A stretch of 64,000 nt of DNA from Hypanus sabinus (lineage: Eukaryota). Under the pieces are notes generated by a model. That model saw only the letters and a program-made list of their open reading frames with translations. It was not told the DNA's origin and did no database searches. The DNA lies in assembly GCF_030144855.1 (NCBI RefSeq), contig NC_082714.1:115010001-115074000 (forward strand). The letters are read 5' to 3'. The position numbers were made by a program, and so were the translations under genes. Numbering within the stretch: position 1 is the first letter of the stretch; every line of letters starts with the position of its first letter. Positions 11,301 through 22,922 of the stretch are shown one piece after another.

Positions 11301-14300
11301 AGATAACACCAGTTAGTGTACTAGCGCTGTGTGTCTGTGTATGTTATACATGTCCTTTTTGGTGTAATTGGTAACTTGAACATTTATTCTCCACCATAAT
11401 GAAGATGTCTTACCAATGGATAACTCGTTATATCATTCACAATCTCCTATTGTAACATTGACATTAAATATCAAACCTAGAGTTTTCCAGAAGAATTCCA
11501 TGTCAAAATTCTCCAATTTCCATGATTCTCCTTCTGTAAAGAGAAAAGCTCATATTAACATGCCACTTTGGATTCACACAGTAGAAACAATAATGTAACA
11601 CACTAAATGCCAATTATAAAAAAGGTTAACAAATACATTGCAACGAAACTCTCTCTACCAGCCCCTACTAGAAGAGCACACATGTGAATCTATATCATCT
11701 TACAAGAGCTTCATGAACTCTTCCTCATCTTGTTCTTATATTCCACATTAGCATTTTGTGATACATGAACAATCTGTTCTCATATTTAGAATACAAAATG
11801 CAGAGAAGTTGTAAAAGTTTGATTTAAGTTCAGCAAAATGCCGGTTGCAAGAAATATTAGATCCAATTGGTCAATGCTTAGAAATTGGCAGAGTAGTATG
11901 AAGGATGACAAAAGTAAAGTTCTAGGATACTACTACCAGAACATTGCCACTAACTAATCTAGAATCAAATCAAAAACAGTGTATGAACCAAGAGGTTTGT
12001 AGTCTGAGGAGGGCAGGATCACTGGCATTCAAGATCAGTGATCCAGAAACATGCAAGAAGTCCAGTTATGACGTATGGGCAATAAAACAATTCCAATTGA
12101 GGCTAGAGATGGAATTGGATGCACATCAGCTCTGGCAGTGTTTGCAGGCCAGTACTTCCTACAAAACAAAATCAAACATCATGAATGACTCCTCTCCTAG
12201 ATGAGTTCAACACCTTTTATGCATGCTTTGTAAGAAGAGTAAAACTACACCTGTGTGAATCCCTGCAGCACCTGATGATCCTGTGATCTTTGTCTCAGAG
12301 GCCAGAGTCAGAACATTTTTCAAGAGTGCGAGTCCTCACCAGGCATCAGGCCTGATGGTGTACCTGGGAGGGCACTGAAACCCTGTGCCGACCAACTGAT
12401 GGATAGGAGTGTTCAAGAACATCTTCAATCCTTCACTAGGGAGAAGCGCTGACGACGTTTCGGGCCGTGACCCTTCGTCAGGACTAACTGAAAGGAAAGA
12501 TAGTAAGAGATTTGAAAGTAGGAGGGGGAGGGGAAAACGTGAAATAATAGGAGAAGACCGGAGGGCGTGGGGTGAAGCTGAGAGCCAGAAAGGTGATTGG
12601 CAAAAGGGATACAGAGCTAGAGAAGGGAAAGGATCATGGAACGGGAGGCCTACGGAGAAAGAAAGGGGGAGGGGAGCACCAGAGGGAGATGGAGAACAGG
12701 CAGAGTGATGGGCAGAGAGAGAAAGGAAAAAAAGGGAGGGGGAAAAAAGCTAAATACATTCGGGATGGGGAAGGAGGAGAGGCACTAATGGGTTTCCCCC
12801 CTCCTTTTTTTTCTTTCTCTCTCTGCCCATCACTCCTTGCCTGCTCTCCATCTCCCTCTGGTGCTCCCCTCCCTCCTTCTTTCTCCTGAGGCCTCCCGTC
12901 CCATGATCCTTTCCCTTCTCCAGCTCTGTATCCCTTTTGCCAATCACCTTTCCAGCTCTCAGCTTCACCCCACCCCCTCCGGTCTTCTCCTATCATTTCA
13001 CATTTCCCCCTCCCCCCACTACTTTCAAATCTCTTACTATCTTTCCTTTCAGTTAGTCCTGACGAAGGGTCTCGGCCCGAAACGTCGACAGCACTTCTCC
13101 CTATAGATGCTGCCTGGCCTGCTGCGTTCCACCAGCATTGAATTTCTTGAATTTCCAGCATCTGCAGATTTCCTCGTGTTTGCCAGTAGAATTCATGTTC
13201 TAAGTTGTTGGCCAGGGTCAACACAGTTACATTGTTTGTGCAGAGACAAGAAAGCGCAAGCTTTGATGAATTAAGAGTAGCATAATGAGTTTCCTAACCT
13301 AGCTCCACTGATGAACGGTCAACAGGAGTATCGTAAGTAAAGCAAGGAACTATAAATATGTCAATGTGACACTAGTGGTCAGTAAAATCCTTAAGCACAT
13401 TTAGGATGAATCAGAATCAGGTTTAATATCACTGGTATATAGCATGAATATGCCAGCTGGTGGTGTCGTGGCGTCAGCGCCGGACTTCGGAGCGAAGGCT
13501 CCCGAGTTCAATTCCAGCCGGCTCCCTTGCATGCTTTCCATCCGTGCTGGGTTGAGCGTCGAGCTAGCAACTCGTTCTCATAAAAAGAAGAAAGCCTGCT
13601 AAAAAAGTGCAGTCATGATGGCATCCCGACGACTCCACTTGGAGCTAAGGGCTTTCTTCTTCTAATAGCATGAATATTTTTGTTTTGTGGCAGCAGTATA
13701 GTGCAATTCATAATAGAAACTATAAATTATGATTAAGAAATATTGTAAGTTTGATAAACCACCTCATTAAAAAGATCTGCAATGTAGAACAGTCTATGTT
13801 CGAAACCTTTCCCGATCATACTCCTCAATACTTCCTTGGCCACATTGACCAACTGCATGAGCGCTGCTTCATGCTGAGCTCATCAATTTCACCTCTAATT
13901 TCCACCCTGCCCATAAACTCACTTGGTCAATCTCTGACACCTCCCTTCCCTTTCTTAATCTCTCTCCACCTCTGAAGACAAACTAACAGCCGACATCTTT
14001 TATAAACCTACTAATTCCCAGAGTTATCTCAACCATACCTCTTCCCACTCTATCTCCTGTAAAAATGCCATTCCTTTTTCAAGCGTCTTTGCCTCTGCCA
14101 TGTTGCCAGGACATGGCTTTCCATTTCAGGACATCAGAAATGTCCTCCTCCTTTAAAGAATGGGGTTTCCCTCACTCTGCTGTTGATGTTGCCCTCACCC
14201 ACATCTCCTTCATTTCCCCTATATCTGCCCACACCCCATCTTCTTTCCAGCTTAATAGTGATTGAGTCCCTCTAATTCTTACTTGTGACCCCATCAGGCT

Positions 14301-17274
14301 GCACTTTTATCGTCCCCGTCTTCCATCATCTCCAAATGAATGCTACTACTAAACATATTGTTATCTCTCCCCCCCCACTCCACTTTCTGTAGTCATCACT
14401 CCCTCAGTGATTCCCTTGTCCATTCACCCCTCCCCAGTACTTATCAAGTGGCCTAGGTGCTACACCTGCCAAATTCACCTCCATTCAGGATCCCAAACAG
14501 TCCTTCCAGCTACAACAACACTTCACCTGTCAATCTGCTGGAGTTGTCTATTGTGTCCGATATTCCCATTGCAGCCTCCTTTACACTGGTGAGACCTGTC
14601 GTAAACTGGTGGGCCACATTGTTGAGCACCACCACACCATCCACCACAAGCAGGACTTCCCAGTGGCCGAACATTTTAATTCTGATTCCCATTCCTGTTG
14701 CAATGTGTCGGTCCACGGCCTCCTCTTGTGCCGAGATGAGGCCACCCTTTGGGTGGAGGAGCAACACCTTATGTTTCAACAAGGTATCCTGCAACCTGAT
14801 GGCATGAATATTGATTTCTCTTTTCAGTAAACAAATTCCACTCCCCTCTCTCTATTCCCCACTCTGATCTTCTCACCTGCCTATCATTTCCTCCTGGGTC
14901 CCTTCCTCCTTCCCTTTCTTCTATGGTCCACTCTCCTCTATCAGATTCTTTGTTCTCCAACCCTTGATCTTTCCACCCACCCAGCTTCACCTATCACCTT
15001 CCAACTTGCCTCTTACCTCTTTCCCCACTGTTTCATTCTGCAATCCTCCCCCTTCCTTCTTAGTCCTGGAGAAGGGTCTCAGCCCAACATTCTGACTGTT
15101 TATTCATTTCTATAAATGCTGCCGGACCCGCTGAGTTCCTCCAGCGTTTTGAGTGTTTTGTTAAAAAGCAGCAGTAAGTGCATCAACCTGAATAGGAAAT
15201 TAGTTGAAATATAGAATACTGAACAATGAGATCTTTTCCCATTGATAATTACTCGTAAGGTACTACAGATCACAAATGAACATTAAGTGTTGGCACCCAA
15301 CCTTCATGGCTGACTTGCCATTCAATATGATTTGAACAGCTTAGGAGAATGGACAAAAAAGTGGCAGATGGAAACAGTGTAGGGAAGTATATGATCTTTC
15401 ACTTTGGTAGAAGGAATAAAGATGTGGACTATTTTCTAAATGGGGAGTATATTCAAAACTCAGAGGCACAAGGGGATTTGGGAGTCCTCGTGTAGGATTC
15501 CCTAAAGGTTAACTTGCAGTTGGAATTGGTGCGGAGGAAGATAAATGCCATGTTGGCATTCATATCGAGAGGACTACAAAAGAAAAGGATATGATGCTGA
15601 GGCTGCACTTGGAGCATTGCAAGCCATTTTTGGCCCCTTATCTAAGGATGATGTGGCATTGGCAGATGTCTGAAGGAGTTTCATGAGAATGATCCCAGGC
15701 ATTAAAGGGGTAAATCTGTGAAGAGCATTTGGTGGCTCTGGCCTATATTAGCTGGAGTTTAGAAAGGGGGGGGGGGGGGTTCTCAGTGAAACCTATTGAA
15801 AATTGAAAGGCCTAGATAGAATGATCTTGGAGAGATCATTGTTTCCAATAGCAGGAGTGTCTAGGACCCAGTTTCAGACTGCAAAAGGCACAGCCTCAGA
15901 TTTCAAGTACATTCCTTTACAACAGAGACCAGGAGGAATTTCTTTATCCGCAGGGTGGTGAATCTGTGGAATTCAATGCTACAGACAGCTGTGGTGGCTG
16001 AGTTATTGGGTATATTTAAACCAGAGGTTGATAGGTTCTTGATTAGTATGGGTGTCAAAGTTTACAGGAAGAAGGCAGGAGAATGGGATTAAGAGTACCA
16101 CATTACATAATTCTGCTCCTGTTCTTATGATACAAAGATTGGTAGTGGTGTGGACAGCATAGAAGACTGGTATAAGATACAGTGGAATGTAGATCTGTTG
16201 CAGATGAGTATGATGAAATGGCAGATGAGAGTTTAATCTGGTAAGCTTGCCTTTATTAGTTAAAGAATGAAGTTCAAGACTCAAAGTTTTGTTGCAGCTT
16301 TATTACTCTAGTTAGGCCATTTCTAGTGGTTTACCAGGATGGTCCTTGAATTAGAGGATGTGTGCTATAAGTGGGTGGACAAACTTAGGTTGTTTTCTCC
16401 AGAGCATTGAAGGCTGAGGAGAGATCTAATTGAGGGTTATGAGACACATAAACCGGCATCACTTGTCCAGGACTGAAATATTTAATATAAGAGGACATGT
16501 ATTTTAAGGCAAGAGGAAGCAAGTTCAAAGGAGGCACGTGGACCAAGCTTTTTTTTAACAGAGATAGGTGCCTGGAAAGCATTGCCTGAGATGGTGATAG
16601 AGGCAAAGATAATAAAAATGTTTCAGTAGTTCTTAAATAAGTACATGAATGTACAGTAAGTGGAAATAGTGTATTAGTTTAGCTGAGTCATTGATTACAA
16701 ATTAATTTAATTCAGCACAGCATCATAGGCTGAAGGGCTTGTTCCAGTGTTGAACTGTACCATGTGATGTTGGGATGAGAGATGTCAGGCTATTCAGAAA
16801 ATCTTAAGTATTGCATAGACTGGCTGCAACAAATGAAGTGAGATGTTTTACACAATCAACTGACAGCTTCACATATACCTCAATCTAGAAATTCATCACG
16901 GGGATAATCCCGGTAATTGTGCTCTAATTCATTCAGGCTCCGGGAGACCACGGACCAACAAGGGAAGTAACGTGCCTTCCTTCACCCAGCACTATCAGCA
17001 CCCGCTCAGTCCTTCACTCTCACACGATGCCAGGCATCAGACACAATGCAGACAAATGGCCTTGCGCCCACCCACCCAAACCGACCGACCGTGCCCCGCA
17101 AGAGTCCAAGCAGCGGCACCGGGCTGCTGGCTGACGAGCTGACTGATGACCGACTCGCCCACACTAACCTCGCAGCTGCGACACTACTTCGCGCAGGCCC
17201 TGCACCAGATTCCGCAGCGGCAGCCGCAGATCACCACCACACTGCAAGGCCTCGGGCTCTATTCCCTCCTCCAT
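2213..17274 (-). CDS. CCNDBP1: Cyclin D1-binding protein 1 (GCIP), coding exons 1-5; gene continues beyond window start
   Basis: Spliced translation [10 protein letters not shown]...[10 protein letters not shown]...[19 protein letters not shown]...[27 protein letters not shown] resembles remembered CCNDBP1 motifs (SREATTL, YYLLPKDQGITLRKLVRGATLDIVDG); exon phases are compatible. Confidence 0.9.
3712..3950 (+). mobile_element. Degenerate tRNA-derived SINE
   Basis: A-box-like TAGCGGTTAG and B-box-like GATTCAATTCC; similar to the copy at about 34495. Confidence 0.6.
4025..4698 (+). mobile_element. Non-LTR retroelement 3' portion (family unassigned)
   Basis: CpG-rich body ending CAATAAA...(TAATC)n tail. 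Confidence 0.5.
4782..4863 (-). CDS. CCNDBP1: CCNDBP1 coding exon 4 ([27 protein letters not shown])
   Basis: TAG acceptor after an 86-nt intron; donor is GCAAGT (GC-AG); 82 nt. Confidence 0.87.
4950..5029 (-). CDS. CCNDBP1: CCNDBP1 coding exon 3 ([26 protein letters not shown])
   Basis: TAG/GTAAGT boundaries, 80 nt. Confidence 0.9.
5404..6104 (-). repeat. 3' LTR (701 bp)
   Basis: Direct repeat of 8760-9459; preceded by the polypurine tract on the minus strand. Confidence 0.95.
6377..8698 (-). CDS. Chimeric Gypsy ORF: PNMA-like gag remnant, protease remnant (LGTGA), RT remnant (VLDL, YVDD), myosin-rod-like segments, pol C-terminal remnant
   Basis: 773-codon stop-free frame (GTG at 8698; first ATG at 8566); YVDD at 7058-7069; no recognisable RNase H or integrase core. 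Confidence 0.7.
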   Translation of the reverse strand: MSAAKSWCAFVGVRLLVIATCVLGGVAAVASLEVVVRFPTSADEMVVGPWVVRTVWRVRNDRLGCFSSGELRPVIGIMSSPKGAEAWVEQTSQLLGEWQCLAEGKRQGRVESLSRRAGDFVRTVGRNYLEVTAASSGKVWENACGSTGSQMPQLGGLLYLWQEIGGKFLGYPFLPRGADKLLVVPSGSVKGISCSVDSRGVGKLRGGPVGERLGVSGGARSQQCTKELPKGTDPIPEGLEGPCAQVLLRMDGSQVKAILGTGAPVKLLYNLFHNRYWKHLPLTTLRTLEIRGTSAGDYPDNGCWSVKMELLEANVEETEVHESLKLMCPDPVETGSVSVLERTKILLVRLGACPEEVGERCLEALSMHPGFRAACADVCSSIGLIPNSNKSQWWYGLGEVSEGETLFVDAAKYHKGGELTAEDTSERERLRRLAPTAVEDVGSVCMDYIALKRHTVSDQNMALRAREAMACLSGVKWFKVLDLRNGCCQIPMSGANKEKTAVINSLGVFGSKKMPQGISGALATFLRGRWKTIGDVEAFGVLVYVDDLLVFGFASGEYEVRSLQEQLRTTELKCFQDTCQGWRRSQLVRDCLYGIKFEMKTERLEKVIWNHSEDLQVGENEESCLTEGNSKLRTRRGEFAEVKKLQTNLRREKRKLEGNLKMTIDSSNEVQNLKVDLEEVMRKKNLERSAVNTEQEAAETAGAVQATCFRLEKVKQQLPITGMRKNTDSMDDVLDVWYMLPFADFPSIEEETFGPSPIESGVAGRVSCVQCGA
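8760..9459 (-). repeat. 5' LTR (700 bp)
   Basis: Direct repeat of 5404-6104; about 4 differences seen by eye. Confidence 0.95.
9460..11076 (-). mobile_element. CR1 LINE, 5'-truncated
   Basis: RT motifs [17 protein letters not shown] and NYRPVSLTS with frameshifts; (TTCTATG)n tail abuts the LTR. Confidence 0.92.
11477..11533 (-). CDS. CCNDBP1: CCNDBP1 coding exon 2 ([19 protein letters not shown])
   Basis: CAG/GTTTGA boundaries, 57 nt, phase 1-1. Confidence 0.82.
   Translation of the reverse strand, partial: KENHGNWRILTWNSSGKL
11960..12436 (+). mobile_element. Rex/Babar-type LINE fragment
   Basis: Degenerate KPWMNxEV- and LWQGL-like translations. Confidence 0.6.
12439..13183. mobile_element. 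Penelope-like element terminal repeat with inverted partial copy (foldback)
   Basis: 12439-~12748 is the reverse complement of ~12793-13103; same terminal family as the end of the GIY-YIG-bearing copy at 13880-15160. Confidence 0.8.
13056..13089 (+). ncRNA. Minimal type I hammerhead ribozyme motif in a Penelope-like terminal repeat
   Basis: GTC-CTGACGA-A-GGGTCTCGGCCC-GAAAC-GTC-GAC: conserved core, stem II, palindromic ACGT stem III, GTC/GAC stem I. Confidence 0.65.
13452..13664 (+). mobile_element. Young tRNA-derived SINE with (CTT)n tail
   Basis: 13-bp TSD ATAGCATGAATAT at 13439-13451 and 13665-13677; B box GAGTTCAATTCC. Confidence 0.85.
13880..15160 (+). mobile_element. Penelope-like element 3' fragment (RT thumb, GIY-YIG remnant, terminal repeat)
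   Basis: DIFYKPT, [13 protein letters not shown], LLYTGET and PVAEHFNS motifs across frameshifts. Confidence 0.8.
15335..16770 (+). mobile_element. Degraded CR1 LINE fragments
   Basis: Recognisable CR1 C-terminal and 3' UTR sequence with many stops. Confidence 0.75.
17169..17274 (-). CDS. CCNDBP1: CCNDBP1 coding exon 1
   Basis: AAG-ATG-G start context inside CpG island; donor GTTAGT; 106 nt, phase 1. Confidence 0.85.
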
Positions 17275-17315
17275 CTTCAACTTCCAAGCGGCCGCGGAGC
17301 AGCGTTTCCTGGGGA

Positions 17316-17650
17316 GGCGGGGTTACAGGAAGGGCCAATGACGGTGGCGCGGTGGTGGGCGGGGCTAATAAAGGGCGGGGTCGCGGGAGGGCCAATGACT
17401 GTGGCGCGGTGGTGGGCGGGGCTAATAAAGGGCGGGGTCGCGGGAGGGCCAATGACTGTGGCGCGGTGGTGGGCGGGGCTAATAAAGGACGGGGTCGCGG
17501 GAGGGCCAATGACGGTGGGACGGTGGTGGGCGGGGCTAATAAAGGACGGGGTTACGGGAACATCCAATGACTGTGTCGCGGTGGTGGGCGGGGCTAATAA
17601 AGGGCGGGGTCGCGGAAGGGCCAATGACGGTGGGGCGGTGGTGGGCGGGG
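17316..17650. promoter_or_regulatory. CCNDBP1 proximal promoter: about 6 x 57-bp tandem repeat of GC boxes and CCAAT boxes in a CpG island
   Basis: CCAAT at 17335, 17392, 17449, 17506, 17564 and 17621; about two GGGCGGGG-type boxes per unit; begins about 40 bp upstream of the ATG. Confidence 0.85.
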
Positions 17651-18899
17651 TAACAAGGGATAACGCAATGATAAAGGCGGAGCAACCTGCCCATCACCTC
17701 TCTCTGGTACTTGTTGCTCTTCCCTTCCTTCCATGGCAGCTATACTTGAATGTTCTCTACCTGTGACAGTAACAACTGCTTTCTTCTGTGTAACTTCTCA
17801 TTTTGGTGCCTATTAACTTCAATGTCCCACACTTGTTCAAATGCTGCTTGTTGAAAGGGCGGTTACTTTTGTCTCATTCCTGAAATTCAGCTCTGATCCT
17901 TGATGAGATCTAAGTGATCCTGGTGCAATTCAGCCTCGGCATTGTGAATAGGTTCATTGCCAATAAGTGTTGTTTGACAGTATTGTCAATGAGACTTTGC
18001 TGATGATAGAAAGGAAACATCAGGACTGAGTGATGTTATCCTTTGTCTCTTGTCAGAAGTTTTATCTGTTAGTTCAGTCTAAACAGTTGTCAGATTCATT
18101 CCGGAAACATTCAAACTCATGGTCTTCTCACAGTCATGCCATCTTCTCCCTGCAAGAGGTACAGCAAACTGAAGTACCACACCACCAGGTTCAAAAACTG
18201 CTACTTTTTTTGCAACCACCGTTGCTTAAACCCTAACCCTACCTCAGCCATGGGGCATGCACTAGTATGGTCTTGGCTTCCATTGTGTCTTTTTGTTTTG
18301 TGCTCTCTAGCTTTTGCATATTTTATCTGTGATATAATTTATAGTCCATATGTTATCTGAACCCATCTGCCCGGGATGCTGCTGCGAGCAAATTTTTTCA
18401 TCGTACTTGTACCTTACTCTACTTATGCATGTGACAATAAACTTGATTTAACTTCTTTGCTATTGTCCCAGGTATTATACTCTAAAAACAAGAGGCCTAA
18501 ATGGACTTTTTGAATTTCTCTGCAATTTTTAGAAGGTTGTGACTGAAGCCATTGACTTCTTCTACTTCCCCAATGTCCAACCCGTTGGGAATCACAATAC
18601 ATGAACTCTGTAGTAGAAACATATTAAACTTTCATCCTTTGCTTTTGTGGCACATTCTCGTTTTTTTTTTCACTTTTGCTTTCAGATAGGGTAAAACAAG
18701 ATTAAAACATATCTTGAGTTTCCCTTCAATTAGCATTTTTACTGGACAGTAAATGAAAATTAAGAACCAAAATCTGCAGATTTTGAAAAGCTTAAAAAGT
18801 CAAAATTTGAAATGTTAATAATTTCTCTTTCCAAAAATACTGCTCAATCTGCTGAGGGTTTCCAGCATTTTCTGTTTCCACTCCACTAGTGAGTATCCT

Positions 18900-21255
18900 G
18901 TGGGATGCATCCATGATAGCTGTCTTGAACAGAATGTTACTGAACCCACAAGGGAATGTGCTATGTTAGGTAAAATTAGTGATCTTGCAGTTAGGGATAC
19001 TATTGGAAAGAGTGATCACAATATAATTAAGTTTCTCATACAAATAGAGGGTGCAATAGTTTGATTGAAAACCAGTTTATTATGCCTAAACAATAGAGAC
19101 TGTAATGCGACAAGGAAGGATTTGCCCAGTGTAGACTGAAACCTCGGGCTATTTGGTGGGATGGTTGAGGAACAACGGAAGACTTTCAAAGAGATTTTTC
19201 ACAGTGCTCAACAAAAGTATATTCCAGTTAAAAGCAAGGACAGTAAGAGTGGGGAGAGCCAGCATTGGATGACTAAGGAAATAAAAGAAGGCATCAAACT
19301 AAAAGTTCGTGCATACAAAGTCACTAAGAATAGTGGGAAACTGGAAGATTGGAATAACTTTAGAAAGTAACAAAGAACCACTAAGTGAGCAATAAAGAAA
19401 GGGAAGATGGATTATGAAAATAAATAAGTACAAAATACAAAAACAGAGTAAAAGTTTTTATAATTAAGCGAAAAATGGGGGCTAAAGTGAACATAGGTTC
19501 CTTGGAGGATGAGAAAGGGGAATTGAACTGGGTAATGAGGAAATGGCCAAGGTTTTGAATGAATATTTTGTGTTGGTCTTCACAGTGGATGACACATCTA
19601 ACATGCCAAAGACAGATGATATGGATGCAATGAGAGGTGAGGACCTCGGTACAATAACTATCACTAAAGAGGTAGTGCTGAACAAACCTGTGGGCCTGAA
19701 GATAGATAAGTCCCATGGTCCTGATGGGATGCATCCCAGGGTACTGAAAAAAAATAGCAGAGGTTATAGTAGAGGCTTTGGTGATAATTTACCAAAATTC
19801 TCTGGATTCCAGCAGGTCCCGGCAGATTGGAAGATGGCAAATGTCGCGCCATTATTCAAAAAAGGATGTAGGTAAAAGGCAGGTAATTATAGGTCAGTTA
19901 GTTTTACATCCATAGATGGGAAAATGCTTGAAGCTATCATTAAAGAAGAATCAGCAAGGCATCTGGAAGGAAATGAATCCATCAGGTAGACACAGCATGG
20001 ATTCAACAAAGGCAGGTCCTGTTTGACAAACTTACTGGAGTTCTTTGAGGATATAATGAGCACAGTGGATAGAGGGGAACAGATGGACATTATTTACTTG
20101 GATTTTCAGAAGGCGTACGATGATGTGCTGCATAAAAGACTTATCCCTAAGATAAGGATGCATAGAGTTGGGGGTGATGTATTAGCATGGATAGTGATTG
20201 GTTCACTAATAAAAAGCAGAGAGTTGGGATACATGGCTCTTACTCTGGTTGGTAAGCAGTGGTGAGTGGTGTGCCGCAGGGGTCGGTGTTGGGTCCACAA
20301 CTGTTCACGATATACATTAACAATCTGTAAGAGGGTATCGAGTGTAGTGTATCTAAGTTTGCTGATGATACTAAGTTGAGCAAAAAAGCAAATTATGCAG
20401 AAGGTACAGAGAGTCTGCAGAGATATAGACAGGTTAAATGAGTGGGCAACGATCTGGTATTTGGTAAATGCGGTGTCATCCACTTTGGAAGGAAATATGG
20501 GAAGAGCAGAATATTATTTAATTGGTAAAAGATTGCAGCATGCTTCTGTGCAGAAGGGCTTGGGAATGCTTGTGCATGAATCAGAAAAGGTTGGTTTGCA
20601 GATGCAGAAGGCTATCAAGAATGCAAATGGAATGTTGGCCATTGCTAGAGTGATAGAATTTAAGAGCAGAGAGGTTATGCTGCAACTGTTCAGGGTACTG
20701 GTGAGGCTGCATCTGACGTACTGCATGCAATTCTGGTCTCCTTACTTGAGGAAGCATATACTGACTTTGGAGACAGTGCAGGTTGATTCCAGGGATGAGG
20801 GGTTTAGACTATGAGAGATTGGGTCGTCTGGGACTGTACTTGGTGGAATTCAGAAGAATGAGAGGAGATCTTATAGAAACATACAAAATTATGAAAGGGA
20901 TAGATAAGATAGAGGCAGGATATTTGTTTCCACTTATAGGTGAGACTAGAACTAGAGGACATGCCTCAGGATTTGGGTGATTACATTTAGGACACAGATA
21001 AGGAGCAACTGCTTTTCCCAGAGAGTAGTGAATCTGTTGAATTCTCTGCCCGATGCAGCAGTGGAAGCTATCTCAGAAAATATATTGAAGATAAGGTTGG
21101 ATAGATTTTTATACAGTAGGGGAATTAAGGGTTGTGAGGAAAAAGCAATTAGATGGAGATGAGTCCATGGCCAAATCAGCCATGATCTTATTGAATGATG
21201 AAGCAAGCTCGACAGGCCAGATGGCCTACTCCTGCTCCTATTTCTTAAATTCTTA
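18900..21255 (+). mobile_element. CR1 LINE ORF2 remnant (about 2.3 kb)
   Basis: GPDGMHPRVLK, NLLEFFE and YLDFQKA; [10 protein letters not shown] at nucleotide level; CR1 3' UTR. Confidence 0.9.
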
Positions 21256-21764
21256 CGTTATCAAGCAAGTTTTTGACATTGGGTGATGGAGAGGAATTTT
21301 CCTTTCTTCTCCATGCTGTTCATAAATTATGTAAACTGAAACAATCCAAGTGGAGCACTATTACCTATTGAAGACTTCTTGGTAGAGTAAGTAAAGGAAG
21401 ATATTAATATTTCCGATCATTAGTCTAAGGCTTATTACAGATTCAGGCTAGGGTGAGATGTGGGCAGGATTTATGGAAGGGTCTTCTTGTGTGGAGCTAC
21501 AGCAAGCCCCTTTGTATAACAGAGGATTCCAGGGGAGAACATGGTGACAGGTCCAGTCTCTCGGTAGACCCATAGACATTACTATACAAGAAATAGAGGA
21601 AAATGAAAAATAGTACAAAATCTGTTAGAATGCCCATTGAAAAGGAACAGTAGTCTATCCATTCAGAACAAACTAAAAGCGCTATTTTCTTCCACAGAGA
21701 ACATATTTGCTCATTCAAATCACTGAGCTTTGTTTTTAACTGGCAAAATTCCTCCAATTAATAT

Positions 21765-22291
21765 ACACTCAGTGGCCACTTTATGAGCTATCTCCTGTAC
21801 CTCATATAGTGGCCACTGAGTGTGCATTTGTGGACTTCTGCTGTTGGGGACCTTCCACTTCAATGTGTTGTGTATTCAGAGATGGTCTTCTGCACACCAC
21901 TGTTGTAACACCTCATTATTTGAATTACCATCACCTTCCCTGTTGAAAGAGCCCGGTCATTCTCCTCTGACCTTTGATTAACATGGCATTTTTGCCCCCA
22001 GAATTGCTGCTGATGTAATTTTTTTTCCCACCAACTTCTGTAAACTCTAGAAATTGTTGTGTGTGAACATTCCAGGAGATCATCAATTTCCAAGATGCTC
22101 AAACCACCTTGCCTGGCACCAACAATCATTCCACTGTCAAAGTCATTTCCATGACATTTCTTCCCCATTTTGATGTTTGGTCTGAACAACAACTGAATCT
22201 CTTCACTGTGCACTGAGTTGCTGCGACATGATTGGCTGATTAGATATTTGTGTTAATGAGCAGGTGTACCTAATAAAGTGACAGCTGAGTG
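21765..22291 (-). mobile_element. Tc1-like non-autonomous DNA transposon
   Basis: TIRs CACTCAGTGGCCACTTTAT / ATAAAGTGACAGCTGAGTG; HTH remnant GMIVGARQGGLSI. Confidence 0.8.
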
Positions 22292-22603
22292 AACATGTGC
22301 CTACCTCGAACAAAAGTAGGTCTGAGAGGAAGGCCAAAGCAAAGCAGTGATTCAGAACATCTTTTACCTGCTTAAGTGAAGACTGTTCTGGGGTATCCTG
22401 ACTAGGCCAGTCTTTAATGTGCTGGTCATGGTGATCTGGCCATAGCGAGCAAGCAAACAGTGAGTAGAGTCCAGTCTCTGCTCTTAACGCATTGTGGTAG
22501 TCTGAGGAATTGATGTCTCTCCCTCCAATTTCTCTGTTGGATTCATAGAAAATTGGAGCCCTGGATCAGTGTTACATGGTACATTATATTTTCCTTTTAG
22601 ATA

Positions 22604-22922
22604 TACAAGGGGTGATTGATAAGTTCGTGGCCTAAGGTAGGAGTCAATTTTAGAAAACCTAGCACATTTATTTTTCAACATAGTCCCCTCCTACATTTAC
22701 ACACTTAGTCCAGCGGTCGTGGAGCATACGGATCTGGGGCCTCCAGAAAGTGTCCACAGTAGGGGTGATTGATAAGTTTGTGGCCTATGGTAGAAGGAGA
22801 TGAGTTATGCAGCTCTCGTTACATGCACATGCAGGTCAACTCTTTGACTGATTATCCAGAAAGTTTTAAGTTAATAACTCATCTCCTTCTACCTTAGGCC
22901 ACAAACTTATCAATCACCCCTG
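22604..22922. mobile_element. Mariner-like MITE
   Basis: Inverted repeats AGGGGTGATTGATAAGTT(C/T)GTGGCCTAAGGTAG / CTACCTTAGGCCACAAACTTATCAATCACCCCT, plus an internal copy near 22760. Confidence 0.65.

Noticed and set aside
13452-13525. tRNA gene
   Set aside because: It is the head of a SINE with body, tail and TSD; no complete cloverleaf
17316-17650. CRISPR-like regularly spaced repeats
   Set aside because: No unique spacers, eukaryotic context and no cas genes; it is a minisatellite
17046-17766. Overlapping ORFs of 92-206 aa on both strands
   Set aside because: Artefacts of the GC-rich 57-bp (19-codon) promoter repeat; the supported coding sequence is CCNDBP1 exon 1
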